64,000 nucleotides of DNA from Tubiluchus corallicola (GCA_030141605.1 JAQGDQ010000093.1:186001-250000); one strand, 5' to 3'; numbered from the stretch's first letter, positions 38,282-51,253 are shown. The notes: generated by a model from the letters alone, not told the origin. Program-made: numbers and translations.

Positions 38282-38324
38282 TATGTCAATTTTGTCAATT
38301 TTGGGTGTTAGGAGAAGTTATGGG

Positions 38325-38580
38325 GCAGGAGAGATTGAGTGTTAGAGAGAAAAGGATCAAGTGAGAGAAAGAAAGGGAAGGAGACATTGAGTGATAGAGC
38401 GAGTAGGATTGAGTGAGAGTAAGAGAGTAAAGGAGAGAGTGAGTGAGAGAGATGGATAGAGGCGTTGACTGACAGAGAGCAAATGAGAGAGTGAGTGAGA
38501 GGGAAGGATCGAGTGAGTGAGAGAAAGAAAAGGAGAGAGGGAAGGAAAAAATGAGTGAGAGAGAGGGGAGAAGAGAGTGT
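38325..38580. repeat. Degenerate GA-rich tract
   Basis: Directly visible purine-rich low-complexity run. Confidence 0.85.
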
Positions 38581-38863
38581 GTCGATTTATTTCAGACATC
38601 TTTTGCACAGTGTGCTCTAACTCGATTGACCAATTCTAGAGACTGCTCACCACTTTCTAGTCCACCTGCAGGTTTCTTATCTTGCTAGCTGAATACGAAA
38701 AACTTGAACACAAATAAACATGGCTGCTCATCCATTCACTGAATGGCCTCACCATTGCTTAACTTCATTTGCGAAACGTGCAGCTGATGGTTCATCTATT
38801 CACACCGCCTAATAAATGCAATCACTATTATCCGGTAACTGATCTATTCTTTATAAATTTCAG

Positions 38864-39007
38864 GGAAATTTAGCCAATGTGCTGAAGTCAGATAAGCGAG
38901 GGACGTACGCGTTTCAACTGTTCAGCGTGTATCAACAGTATCCGGATTTCCTGGTGCGTCAAGTGCTCAACCAGATGCAGAAAGACACGATGATAACAAA
39001 ATCAAAG
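38864..39007 (+). CDS. GTF3C1: GTF3C1 exon
   Basis: ...YAFQLFSVYQQYPDFLVRQVL...KSK, cag|...|gtaag. Confidence 0.88.
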
Positions 39008-39689
39008 GTAAGTGAAGATGCAAGTCACTAAGTGATTTACAATTTACACAAAGGTTACACATGAGGTTGAGCATGAGCATGAGCATAAGCATAAGTAACA
39101 AAATTATTATGATGATTTGATATTAAACTGACTGATAAAAGGGTGGCGAAGAACTAAAAGTTATCAAGGTCAACCACCCTGTAAGTAATGTTGCTATTAG
39201 TAATTAATTATGTGCACAATTATCAAGTTGAAAGTTTTAGATAAACGTTTACATATGCAGCATTACCAAGCTGCTATTTTTACTAAGTTACACATACGTA
39301 CTTATGTATAATATAATAAAATAATATACATATATAATATATATATATATAGTGCCATCCTACAATGTCATGCCACACTACAGTGTAGTGCCATACTACT
39401 GTGTAATGTTTAGTGCATTTCCTAAATGAGTTTTTCATATATTATCCTATTTTGAAGGACGGCAATGCTGCATGTTTTAGCATCTATAATAATGACGTAA
39501 TGTTTCTGATAATTAAATATTAGCTTGGAAATTCAATTAATGGACGACAAGCACAGCAAGTGAATACTACACAATTGAAGTCAGAGCATTTCATGAGTGT
39601 GCTGAACGTGTTTCCAACAGCGAAAGTTGAAGTACAGTGCTACTGCAGAACATTGACAATTTGAGCCAATTCGGCCATTTTAAGTTTAA

Positions 39690-40242
39690 CCCTTTCACTA
39701 TGTTGTTGCTTTTTAACTGGACCACATTGACTTTTGCACATTTAACAATAACTTTTAACAATAACAATAACTAAAACAGAATCTTGTAAATAAACAAATA
39801 GTTGTTTGTTATTGAGTACTAATGTTAAATATTAGTTTTATTTCTACACATGCACACACATGAGCACTCATACATGCACTCACGCACACACAAGTGTACA
39901 CACACACGCACACACATGTGCACAACCTCATAAATAAGCATGTGCTTATATTTAGAAACCAATTTTCACAAAAGACACAATACTAATCCATAATATGCAA
40001 TCATTTTATAAGAATGCAGAACAATCAACTAAACATACGTTTCATCAACTTGGCTGGTTAGCGTTATTTGTTACGAAGTAACCCCAATCCCACGGCTGTG
40101 AAACTTTTCTACAATGTTTAGCAGTGAAATAAACAGACGTGGGTGACTGCACTTGGTGCTGAGCTCGGGCGGCAGTCTACTGTCTTCCATCCCTTGCATG
40201 AAAAACAAAGGCGGCAGTGTGCTGCCTTCCATAGTGAAAGGG
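39690..40242. mobile_element. piggyBac-type MITE
   Basis: TTAA|CCCTTTCACTATG ... CATAGTGAAAGGG|TTAA, perfect 13-bp TIR. Confidence 0.85.
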
Positions 40243-40308
40243 TTAAAAAGTAAAACAGCATTGTTCTTTTCAATGATATCTTGTTATTGTCTTATTGTTT
40301 TTCTTTAG

Positions 40309-40382
40309 AACTGGAAACTTCATCGACAAAGCTCACCTCGTACGTTGCCGTTCAGTGGAGTGCCGTACCAGCTGTCCCAAGT
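40309..40382 (+). CDS. GTF3C1: GTF3C1 exon
   Basis: RTLPFSGVPYQLSQ resembles recalled RALPFVPMSYQLSQ; phase 0-2. Confidence 0.88.
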
Positions 40383-41504
40383 GTAAGGGTTAAAAGCTAC
40401 TTTTGTGCGTCAAAAGCTCTTCTCAGTTATTATCACCTGTCATTTTTTACGCTGCTGCTTTTTCACTTTGTGTGATTTCCACCGAATACATTCCCTCTAT
40501 TTGTAGGGATATGTTTAAAATTTCTAGAAGCATTTACAACGTATTAAACATATTCGCGTATATATATATATAATTTAGAATCCAACGCCTGAGACACATT
40601 GAACGACAACTATCATATACAATAGACATAGTTACAAATTATAATTCAACACTACATACATACATAATAAAAGATAACGAACATATTTTAATACTTAGTA
40701 ACAAAAATTTACACACATTATACACAAAGAAAAACAGCGAGTACAATTATAATAAACATAATTACCAATTCTAACGTAAATTCACATAATCACAAATAGA
40801 AACAAAACAGCATATAGAAAACACGATGAGAGTTGTAAAATTTTATCGTCAACATACTGTTTATATACGGGCGAAAGACGATAGGAATTCATCTGAGATA
40901 AGATTTGCAAAAGCGTTTATAGCATTATTATCCCGGCTAGAGTTTATTGATTGTAGTGATTTCCACGGTTAGCACTCTCACAATTCTGCAGTTTTTGACC
41001 TCTTATATGTTACGTAAAAGCATTAGCTTACACAATGTTTTATATTTTGGGGCGTAAAGATGTCTGCCCGTTTTTACAATTTTCCAAAAACTCAAACTTC
41101 TTAGTTTAAATCAGGAGCGCACCTAAGACAGTGATAACAGTTAAGTAGTGTATTCAGCAGTGGGTGTTACAGTTATTTAACGTTTACTTCAAATTTTAGT
41201 TTAAATGTGCTAAAAACTATTTCTCTGGTGAACGTCTTTGAGAGAGTTCTGTGGCTCCTTGGAACACCTAGGTCATTGCGAATTGATTTAAGAAATAGCG
41301 TCACTGAGACGTACTAGGGCGGCTAATTTCAAGTTACATTTCGGAGGCTTTTTGTCAGGACAACTATTGATACTTCTCCACTGTTCTTATGTCTTGTGTT
41401 ATCAATTGTGTGGCATAATGCTGTCGCTGTATTAGCTGTAACCTGTATTAGCTGGCTCTGTTAGTGTTTAAGTGTAAGTAATATCTATTAAGCTGATAGA
41501 ATAA

Positions 41505-41885
41505 ACCTTTTCACAGTTTCGTTGTGCACATGCATAGTTGCTACAGGTCAAAGGTTAAGGGTACCACAGCAACGCGGCTTAACTACAACAGCCAGGAGTT
41601 GGTAATGCAAAGCCGTCTGCCGCATCAGTTCAGTAGCCTTCAGTTGTTTTAGGTGGACTTTACCTAATTATGTATTAGTCTGTGCGTAGACTGATTTACT
41701 AGCAGGGTCTTGCTTGGGAACAAGAAAGGATGAACTAGGCAAGGTTATATCTAGATGTTAAAAGTGTTACTATTACAACAGCATGGGCTGCGAGGCATTG
41801 TCAAGTGTTCACAAATGCATTGCCTGGTACACTTAACCTTTGATCTTTTCACGATCATCATCAATCGCTGAAACTGTGAAAAGGC
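41505..41885. repeat. Dispersed repeat family C copy
   Basis: Reverse-complement match to 8145-8525. Confidence 0.7.
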
Positions 41886-42318
41886 GTATTACAAATAAGT
41901 AAAGCAAAGCATATGTAGAATTCTGGCACATTATTGATTGTAATGATTTGATTTTAACCCCGATGATGTGTACTGTCATATGTAGGCAAACTGTCAACAA
42001 TTGATGTTGAAGACGAATGATGATTATGATGATGATGGTGATGACTGTGATAATGATGATGATGACGATGACGAAGATGCACTTACGGGGCGCTGTTTAT
42101 AATAATTTTGCAGGCTCTTGTTAATAATCAAAAAGTCATAATAAAGACACCATTGCCTATACAATGTACAGTATGTAGATATATATAGATAAGCAGAATC
42201 TAGAGCTGTTCAAAATAAAATAAAATTAAAATAATGAAATTAAATAAAGTTAAAACTAAATTACTTTTTGTTAATGTCATCATATTACCATTACAGACAT
42301 TTCAACATCTTTTTGCAG

Positions 42319-42493
42319 CTACAAATATTTACTTATGCCTTCCTATCCACTGAACATTTGTGAGGACACCTATCGGGCATATATGGAACTAATCTATAAC
42401 TTGGAAAATCAGGATGACCACGGGATGCTGCTTAACGAGAATAGAACGGCTGGACACGTGGCACTCATGGTCACAGCAATGGCCCTGAATCAG
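42319..42493 (+). CDS. GTF3C1: GTF3C1 exon
   Basis: YKYLLMPSYPLNICEDTY...AGHVALMVTAMALNQ, phase 2-0. Confidence 0.87.
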
Positions 42494-42719
42494 GTAATTT
42501 CAGATTTTTATGCTAATGAGGCTAGATGGTGAAGATGCAAATACTTATTCAAAGATGTAGAATAACAGAAACAGAGTAAAGAATTCCATAGTTAAGAAGC
42601 TCGAGAGAAAAACTGGATTTATAAGCAGCTGTATTTTATTCGCGCATCTTTCAACATGAAATCAAGGTTAGTAACACAACAAATAAGAGGAAATAACAAC
42701 ACACAAATATTTACTAATA

Positions 42720-43217
42720 CAGTGTTCCCACGCTACTTCGCGGTTCGTTTATCACGGACTCGCTGTTTAGCGGATTTTCAAAAATATTAATGTAAACTAT
42801 TCATCGTGGTATTTCCCCTGTTTCGCGGGTTTTTGCGGTACTCTGTCTAAAGCATTTTTGCACATGCGTAGTACGTATTGTACAATAATGTATAGATTTG
42901 ATGAATTCATCATCATCATTCTAGCTGTAGGACGTATCTTCAATGGTGAGTACCCATATCGAATTTTAAAATTACGAATCTAAGTTTAAAATATTTTTAT
43001 GAACATTTAAGTAAAGTTTTTTAAAAGGTACATGTAGAGTATGGGAAAAGCTATCAAGGGAATGGGAAAGGGTTATGTATAAGAGTGTGGGGAGGGTTAA
43101 TAAAGACTTAAAATAATGTATAACTACTAAAATAAGTATAGTGTCCCTACTTTGCGGAAATTCACTTATCGCAGGTGGGCCTGCAACGGAACACCTGCGA
43201 TAAGTGAGGGAACACTG
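42720..43217. mobile_element. pogo/Tigger-type MITE
   Basis: TA|CAGTGTTCCC ... GGGAACACTG|TA. Confidence 0.85.
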
Positions 43218-43458
43218 TACACATTACGAAGATATATTTACAAATTATTCGTTCAACAGAGTTAGTAATGTTTGATCAATTTCATCCATTGTAAGGCCAA
43301 CAATTACATATTCCTTAGAATGATAAGACCAGTAAAGTTCGCGTGTTGATTTATCTAAATCTGTATAAAATCCCATTCTTTCAAATGTTGCAGTAGACAT
43401 GAATAGTCTATTTTTGCTAAGCTCGAGTATTTTTCCGGTATTGATAAGATTCTAAATA

Positions 43459-44030
43459 CAGTAGGCGCAGTTTCTTAGACTCACTGTTAATAGACTCATT
43501 CGCTTAATTGACTCAAATACATCAGGAATGGGCCACTCCTATTTAAATGTATGTAAAAACTCTCGGTTATTTACTCAAACATCTCCGCATAATTGACTCA
43601 GTACTTTTACTTCATGTACTTAAAAAAAGACACTTTTGTGTGCCCAAAGAGCTTTTACTGCTCTTTTGCTATCTTTACGTCGATTTTATGCACTATAATA
43701 TACGTAGAAACAGTCAGGTTAAGCACAGCTTTGTTTGTAAGCAGGTACAGTACGTTTATCATATGCTCTAATACGTTAGCATAGTGATTCTTCTTTGAAT
43801 CACCCACTTATCTGCTGCAATTAACCTCATTGTTTCTGGAAGCTAAACATTTAATCACTTGACCAGCGGTTCGCTTTTGAAGCTCCCGCTAATTTTCACG
43901 GGAGCATCACCTACTGCAGCTCAAACACTGGGTGACTAGGTGTTTTGTATGAATGTGTGCAGCCTACAGTAACAGATTTTCAATGTTTTTATCACTATAT
44001 TTTTGGAAAAACGTTACAAGGATTCAGCAG
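43459..44030. mobile_element. pogo-type MITE family F, truncated
   Basis: TA|CAGTAGGCGC...; inverted homolog of 45440-45951; another end near 63763. Confidence 0.75.
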
Positions 44031-44034
44031 CAAA

Positions 44035-44470
44035 AGTAGATAAATGTAGATTTAGTAGATAAACGCCTCACGTAATTAGTAAAATCACTTTAAAGTCATG
44101 ATCATCTCACGCTTGGCCACTCCCATTTTGAACACCCATTCCACCAATGATGTCATTCATCTACTGAAGAAAAACAGTGCCGTGAGAATTTCCGTTAAAC
44201 ATATAATGAGTCTTATAAAAAATCAAATAGCTAATTTTGTGATGTTTTTGCAAACATTAGGTAAGCTGCAGAAGTTTGAATTAGTTTAAGTAGCATGTGC
44301 TTACGGAAAGCCACAATGCGCTTACAAAAAGTCATGAAGTTCAGCAATTACGCCATAATTTTCAAGCGAATGGTGCCTACCTCAGCAAATTCCCTATTTT
44401 TTTGTAAGTTCAAGGATAACAGTAAAGTAAACCCATCATGCTAACAGATTTGTCTTTTCCTTTAAGTTCC
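44035..44470. repeat. Dispersed repeat family G
   Basis: Direct homolog at about 56250-56720 (taattagtaaaatcactttaaagtca...). Confidence 0.7.
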
Positions 44471-44592
44471 TGTTTCCTGATTAAAAATTAATATTAACAA
44501 TAATCATATGCATTCATCAGTTATGGAAAAGCTAGTTTATGAGTACTAAATCTATAGCACGTGGTGCTAATGGTATACTCTGTATCATTATC

Positions 44593-44860
44593 ACGGACAG
44601 CGGCCAAATGGTTATGACACTTGGCTGCCAATCCAGAGATTCTTGGTTCGAACCTCACTTGTGTCATAGTTTTTTCAGCCACTTGAACAAGACTTTCTGG
44701 CGACCCCACAACCTCTACTCAGGCTTAATCGAGTACCTAGTTACATACTAGGAGAAGAACAGTGATGGAGTAACAAGACCACTTGTCCTACATGTATATC
44801 CAGGCTTCATAAGCAGCAGCCATCTATCCATGCACTCCGTCAGGGGCGTTGGACCATTAA
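44593..44860 (+). mobile_element. tRNA-derived SINE
   Basis: A-box-like GCGGCCAAATGG, B-box GGTTCGAACC (44645-44654), then a non-tRNA body (cttgaacaagactt...ctactcagg...gagtacc). Confidence 0.7.
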
Positions 44861-45098
44861 GTCTTCTTCTTCTATCTTATTTACTTCCACGGGCGTTTCT
44901 TTAACACGACCACTTCTTACTATACTTCTTCAAAGCTCTAGGTTTTTATGTTTTTTTTTAAATTGTGGTAGTCCAAGTGTATGTCTACTAAGTACCAAAG
45001 TATTTTCTATGAAGTATTCAATGGGATGGTTGAATTGGACACTCGCATTCCCGACTCAGATTGTTACATGGGTCAAAACAGTAAAAAGTTAAGTAATA

Positions 45099-45951
45099 CA
45101 GTAGCTGCTGCTCAATAGACTCACTTTGGGACCGAAGTGTTTTGACCCAATTAACCCGACTGAGTCAATTAGCCGACGTGTTTAGTATATTACTACTATA
45201 CAAGAATGAGTCATCACTCATCAACTTAGTATGCATAGCAATGAATTTTAGAAACGAATTAATGTCAATTATTTAAGAAGCATAATTTATGTAAGTGAAT
45301 TAATAAAAAAAAGTAAAAATCGCAAAAATCTGATTATTACCATTAAAAATTACAAAAATTCGTTCAAAGTCAGTTGTTCATTTCTTCACGAAAAAGTTGG
45401 TTTTTTGAAATTCTGATATTGATAAAAACGTTGAACATCTGTTGCTGTAGGCTGCACATGTTCACACAAAACACTTAGTCACCTAGTACTTGAGCTGCTG
45501 TTGGTGATGCTACCGTGAAAAGCCGCAGGAGCTTCAAAAGCAAACTGCTGGACAAGTGATTAAATGTTTAGCTTCCAGAAACAATGAGGCTAGCTGCAGT
45601 GGATGAGCGGGTAACAGATTCAAAGCAAAACTGCCACACTAGCATATTAGCACATATGATAAATGTGCGGTACTTGCTTGCAAACAAAGCTGTATCTAAC
45701 GTGACTGTTTCTAGGTATATTATGATGCACAAAATTGATGTAAAGTTGACATAAAACCAGTAAATACTCTTTGAGCACACACAAGTGTCTTATTTTAAGT
45801 ATGTGAAGGAAAAACATTGAGTCAGTTGTGTGCAGTTATTTGAGTCAATTACTGACAGTTTTTATGTACATGAGCGGCCCTTACTAGACGTTTTTGAGTC
45901 AATTAAGCGACTGAGTCTATTAACCGTGAGTCTAATAAACGGTGCCTACTG
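45099..45951. mobile_element. pogo-type MITE family F, full length
   Basis: TA|CAGTAGCTGC ... GGTGCCTACTG|TA with AATAGACTCA subterminal repeats. Confidence 0.8.
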
Positions 45952-46041
45952 TAGAATCTTAGTCACACGGAAAGCCGTAGTTCTCAAGTTTTGTTGACAG
46001 TCTCTTGTTTGTTTCTATATTTTGCTTTCTTTTGTTTTTAG

Positions 46042-46240
46042 GTGACGTTCAACACCAGCATTCCAGAACAGATCATACTGGTCGATACGTCGATGGTGAA
46101 ATCATCCGATCCACACAGGGGATCGTTTTTTTCGGCTGCGGGAGAGAAAGCTGCCACGGGAGTTGAGGTCAAGCTTGACGAGGATGAGGAGAATCTGCTA
46201 GAGCTGGTACCACAGGCGCGCCATGTGGATTTGGAAACAG
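46042..46240 (+). CDS. GTF3C1: GTF3C1 exon
   Basis: SIPEQIILVDTSMV resembles recalled RIPEQIIVVDSSMV; phase 0-1. Confidence 0.88.
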
Positions 46241-46721
46241 GTTTTTCGTTTGTTTATTTTTATTTTGCAAATGCGTGTTCTAACAAGAAGTGTTTTCTCT
46301 TTTCACCGTGCTTTCTAATGGGTTGGATGGTCGAGTGTGTCCTGAATTTCAGACTGCTACCGCACAGTTTTGAATTGGAGTCTAGCGGTTGCCAAGGCTG
46401 GCACATACACCCTACACATGTTATTCGTTATTTGCGTGTTGCGTCTTTATCTGTATTCTTGTAAGTGTAAGTCGCTAAATAGCCGTTAGTGCTAATAGTA
46501 AGTAAGTAAGTAAGTAATTTATTGTCATTATATTATGAGACCATGAAAATTGTGCGGTTTACATACGACAACAAAAGAAAGTTAACACAGATAAATTCAA
46601 TAGGTCATTACATTAGTGATAGTGAACCATGATATAGATGCAAATTTACTAAACTTTACTCTTAAAAACAACACAACTTTATTAAAAACATTTACATTAA
46701 AAAGTTAAAAGTTCAAATCAT

Positions 46722-46762
46722 GCCAAACGTTTCGACAAGCTGCTGCTGTCATCGTCAGTGGT
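46722..46762 (-). ncRNA. Minimal type I hammerhead ribozyme motif
   Basis: - strand CCA CTGACGA T GACA gcagcagct TGTC GAAA C G T T TGG: core boxes, stem II GACA/TGTC, loopless palindromic stem III ACGT, stem I CCA/TGG. Confidence 0.65.
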
Positions 46763-47270
46763 AAATTTACAAACATACAACCAGTTTATATAGGCAGAGC
46801 CTATCAGCAGTTTATATAAGTTTAGTGCTTAGGTTACTGTGTCAGTTTCTTTTCTTCAGGTCTGCTTAATCATTATCTATTTGGCTTTTGTAAATGTATA
46901 ATTAATGCTTAAGTTACTGTATCAATTTCTTACTGGTCTGTTTGTTCATTACTTATATGGCTTCTGTTATTATTAATAAAAGAAAGTTTATCTATATACC
47001 CTAATAAGCCTTCTCTTAGTGTACAAAGCAGTTCAATTCCTTTAACTTTATTTTCAAACACTTAGCTGTTTGTTACTGTATCAGTTTCTTTTCTTCAGGT
47101 CTGCTTATTCATTACCTATTTGACTTTTGTAAATACATAATTAGTGCTTAAGTTGCTGTATCAATTTCTTTACTGGTCTGTTTATTCATTACCTATATGG
47201 CTTCTGTTAACTACTTAATTAGTGCATAATAGGCTCTGCCTATATAAATTGGTTGTATGTTTGTAAATTT

Positions 47271-47312
47271 ACCACTGATGACGACAGCAGCAGCTTGTCG
47301 GAACCTTTGTCA
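47271..47312 (+). ncRNA. Degenerate hammerhead motif (second arm)
   Basis: CCA CTGATGA C GACA...TGTC GGAA CCT TTGT: GAAA box, stem III and stem I are each mutated. Confidence 0.5.
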
Positions 47313-48015
47313 TGATTTTAACTTTAAACTTTTTGACGTAAAAGTTCTTTTAATAAAGTTGTTGTTGTTTTTAAATATAAACGTTTTTATGTGCCTGTAA
47401 TAATTGTCTAAAATTTACTGTTTATAAAATGAACTGCAACAGGATAGAAAGAATTTAATGTCTTTATAATTCATTACAAAGTAATGTTGTCTGTTAAATG
47501 AGCGACAGTAAAATAATTCTCGTCTTTGTTTTTGTCTGTTTTGTATTTCTATTACTGTTGTGAGGACAAAGGGTGCAAAGACTTTTTAAATGGTTTCTAA
47601 ATGGAGCCTAATTCTGTTCCTGAGAAGGAGGGTCGATACGGCTTATTTTTAATCTGTTGAGGCAGCAGAATTTATGAACTAAGCTTTTCCTATAAAAGAC
47701 AAAAGAAATAAACATACAAAAGTAAAGAAGTCATCTTCTTTACGGTGCTAGATTTGTATGGTATGAGCGTAAAAATGTAAAAAATTAGTCAACGTCAAAG
47801 ATTTTTAGCTTTCAAAATTTTAAAGACTATTAAAAGAGATTTGTTGAAGTTCAAGATGCTGCTTCATACCATAGCTTCTAATATTACACACAACTGTGTG
47901 TTTTACATTGTTTTCGTATACTATTAAATTTTCAGCGCTATCTGTTGTTGGAAGTTCAAAATACTGTGAGAGAACGTTTCTTTGAAATATCATATCTCTT
48001 GTCTTGTTTTTTCAG

Positions 48016-48704
48016 CTGCAGCAAGTAGCAAACCAGCTGTTAAAACAACACGTGTGCCAACCAAAATAACACGTGTGCCAACCAAAACAACACATGTGCC
48101 AACCAAAATGACAAATGAATCAACAACGCCCGGGGTTAGCCATTATAAAGAGAGAGAGATAAAAAGCCAAACTTCCACTGGTCATTCTTCCTTGACGTTA
48201 GAGGGTTTGTTTCCCGGAATGGCCGCTAGGCTGGAAGACGTTGGCGCAAATATTGAAATTGGCGAGAAAGCTGCCGATGCCCACGACAAACTAAAAAATT
48301 TGACACCCTTAAAACAAAAAAAAGGAGAAGATAAATCGAAGAAATCAATACAGAGGTACATGGCAGCAGTCACAGCAAATAAGAGCGATCGGCTGGACGA
48401 CCACGAATACGCGAAGCCGCCGCGAAGCACAATCAAATTCGACGTGGCGACGATAACGAACGCGTCACGATTTGCCCTGATGGTTCTTCGAGGTCAGTGC
48501 TTGGAAAAGAACAGCAAAACAAACAATCCGGTCCTCTTCGACAACATTGCCGTAAATCCGACTAAGGTCTTTTTGCATCTCAAGGGATCCGAAAGGAGCG
48601 TTCGACTGTTGGACACCTACACGATGGACAACATCCTGTGGAGTCGTGGTCTGGTGCTGCCGAAGTCCGTACCATCTTTTGAGTGTTTTCTAGAGCATAC
48701 TTCA
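48016..48704 (+). CDS. GTF3C1: GTF3C1 exon (689 nt)
   Basis: Within ORF 47982-48746; NASRFALMVLRG and FDNIAVNPTKV resemble recalled LLMRG and HDNIVVN motifs; phase 1-0. Confidence 0.88.
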
Positions 48705-48859
48705 GTAAGTTTTTTGATGTTTAATCATTATTTATTGAAGATGTAACATATAACTAGGTTTGAAACAGACAGTTTTACAACTGATATATGTTGTCCTCTG
48801 GTGGGAGCAAACAATAGCAGATGCAGAACAATTAGTGCCCACAGTGTGTAAGAAATGTT

Positions 48860-49205
48860 GCAATAAATATGAACATTAATATGTAACGAGAGTAACAAAG
48901 TTAATACTATTTAAAGTGCTTAGTGTTTGAAATAAAAGGTTGCACTAAAACAAAAATTCGAGTGTTCACAGAATGATCTAGGGTATGGTACCTGTGCAGG
49001 AACAAACGTACTAGTTCATTTGATGCAATACTGTAAATATTGATGTTAAAAGCTGACAAAAGAGTGCAGAGATTTGTAAATAAGTTGTTTTTGGCCTGGT
49101 GGTAAAGAGGGTAGCTAATTAAGTAACGACCAACTGTTTCATAAGCAGAATCACATTGACAATTAAGTGATACCAGCGACCTGTCATAATTTTTGCATTT
49201 TCTAA
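48860..49205 (-). mobile_element. 3' remnant of a LINE (CR1-group-like)
   Basis: CQC...ETVGRYLISYPLY...FISNTKHF resembles the CxC..ET..H..L.C..Y...FI..TKRF C-terminus. Confidence 0.6.
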
Positions 49206-49319
49206 AGTAATAAATAAAAGTTGAGTTGACAAAAACCAACTCTCGTTCTAGTATGGTGAATGGATGAATTTCGAGTACCACCAGAGAAGTAAGTAGGCCG
49301 GGATTTTTTGAGGTCTCCA

Positions 49320-49430
49320 CAAAATTGATTTTGCAAATGCATTGAAAATTGTCGCCTGGTTTGGCCAATGTACAACTTGTCACATCCATAACAGGAACAT
49401 AAAACCATTCTCGTCTCTTTCTAATATAAA
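49320..49430 (-). mobile_element. Penelope GIY-YIG endonuclease remnant
   Basis: CYGCDKLYIGQTRRQF matches the CxxC...YIGQT.R motif of Penelope endonucleases. Confidence 0.6.
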
Positions 49431-50484
49431 CAGATTTTCCTACAGTCTACAAACCACAGAATCTTACGTCAGAATGTTGAATCGCTAAGTCGATATTAAA
49501 CGTCAAATAGAGCTTTAGTTTTACACAAAAACGGGAAAGATCTCCAACTAAGATTTTTGCTAATATTTTTAACTTTTTCTTGGTGGTTTATAGAAAATAG
49601 AAAGAAATAGAAACAGATAGAAAAATAACCAAACATCAAAAAAAAATATTTAGCAAAAGTGAAGGATTTTGGTTTTTTCTTACTGAGTGAGAATCTTCCT
49701 CAGCTTTAAAAGTTGGACCCCACGTGCGCATAATACATGATCTGTGATGCATATTGACTGTTTCAATGTGTCCGTGAGTGCTGAGCGTATTAACAAAGCT
49801 CGGGCTTTTTCGCCCTTTTTAGTTCTTGTTTTTGGAAGCCGAGTCTCTGTCAAAAGTTCAGCAAGGCAGTGATAAAAAATAATCACAGCAGTGGCATTAG
49901 TTTGTCATCGTAGTGTTAGACGCAAAAATTCAAAAGAAAGCACAGGTTTTGGGTGCGTAACATTTTGCAACTAAGAGAATATGGTATGTATCACCACCTA
50001 ATGGAAGAATGCATTACAAAATAATTAAATGCTTTTTCTACCTCTCAGAAATTCAAACTTAAGAAATATTACTATATATCAGTGGCGAAGTGACCAAAAG
50101 TCCCCTGACAAGGAAGCTAGTCAGCAAAAATGGTCACCAGAAACATGAAAACTCGCTAAATCACCTAGGAAACGATGGTTTCCCGTATTGCTGTGTGATG
50201 CGTATATGACCACTGGCATAGCAGTGCCAAGCTTTTTGCTGGATTACTGCTGTGTTTACCCGTCTTGAGGGCAGATTTCTTTAATTTCAGTACTCTGCCT
50301 GCCATTGTCGCAATAGACGTAATGGGCATATGGTGATGATAATGATGTCCACGTTCGAGTGAAGGCAGATCACTCATGCTGCATTACATTCATACGGAAA
50401 CGCTTCAATGTATTTAAACATGAGCCGTTGTATATGTACTAAATGCATCACATATTACGAGTTGCGAGTACACTGAGTCGCGTC

Positions 50485-50652
<168 letters not shown>

Positions 50653-51097
50653 CTTTATTGCTAAATAGTTAGGTACAATGCAAACATTAAATTGGGTCAC
50701 ATTTAGAGGTGGTTGACTTTCGATAACTCGTAGTTCTCTCACCACCCCATTTTACCACTAATCAATAATCACTTTTGCATTTTGTAATATTATTGTAAGT
50801 TGTATAGAATTATAAAAAATTGTGATAAACTAATAAACTTACTTTCTTATTTACTTTACATGGAAATTTGTAATCGTTAAAACATCTTAATTCTCCTAAA
50901 CAGGTTTGTTCATGATAAATGCAGAACCAGGTTTGATCATTTTGCTCATTCTTAGCATTTCTTCTCACACTAGTAAATTAATCAAATTTTTGTATTGCGT
51001 TTTTATATTTTATTGATCTTTTATTCCATTTAGTGTTTGAAACTGAATGTGAGCACAACGCTATACTTTTCTAATCAAAACTTTTCTTTACACACAG

Positions 51098-51253
51098 AGT
51101 ACAGAAATCAGGCACCTCAGAGAGATATATCAATTCATAGCCAATGGAAAAGAGTTCGGTGCTCCAGCTGAACAACTACAGCAAAGATTTCCCACGTTGC
51201 ACCAAAGTGGGGTTTTGGAGGAGCTCTTACATCTGCTTAGAACAGAATACCAG
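51098..51253 (+). CDS. GTF3C1: GTF3C1 exon
   Basis: IYQFIANGKEFGAPAEQLQQRF...LLRTEYQ, phase 0-0. Confidence 0.87.

Larger units (their letters stand above)
46662..47374. mobile_element. Non-coding Penelope-like/retrozyme-like element with about 145-bp inverted arms
   Basis: 46662-46804 is the reverse complement of 47229-47374; each arm reads TATATAA - hammerhead motif - AATAAA outward; internal tandem duplication. Confidence 0.65.

Noticed and set aside
44593-44665. Functional tRNA gene (also near 53130 and 57640)
   Set aside because: A/B boxes present but no acceptor stem or full cloverleaf, and a SINE body follows.
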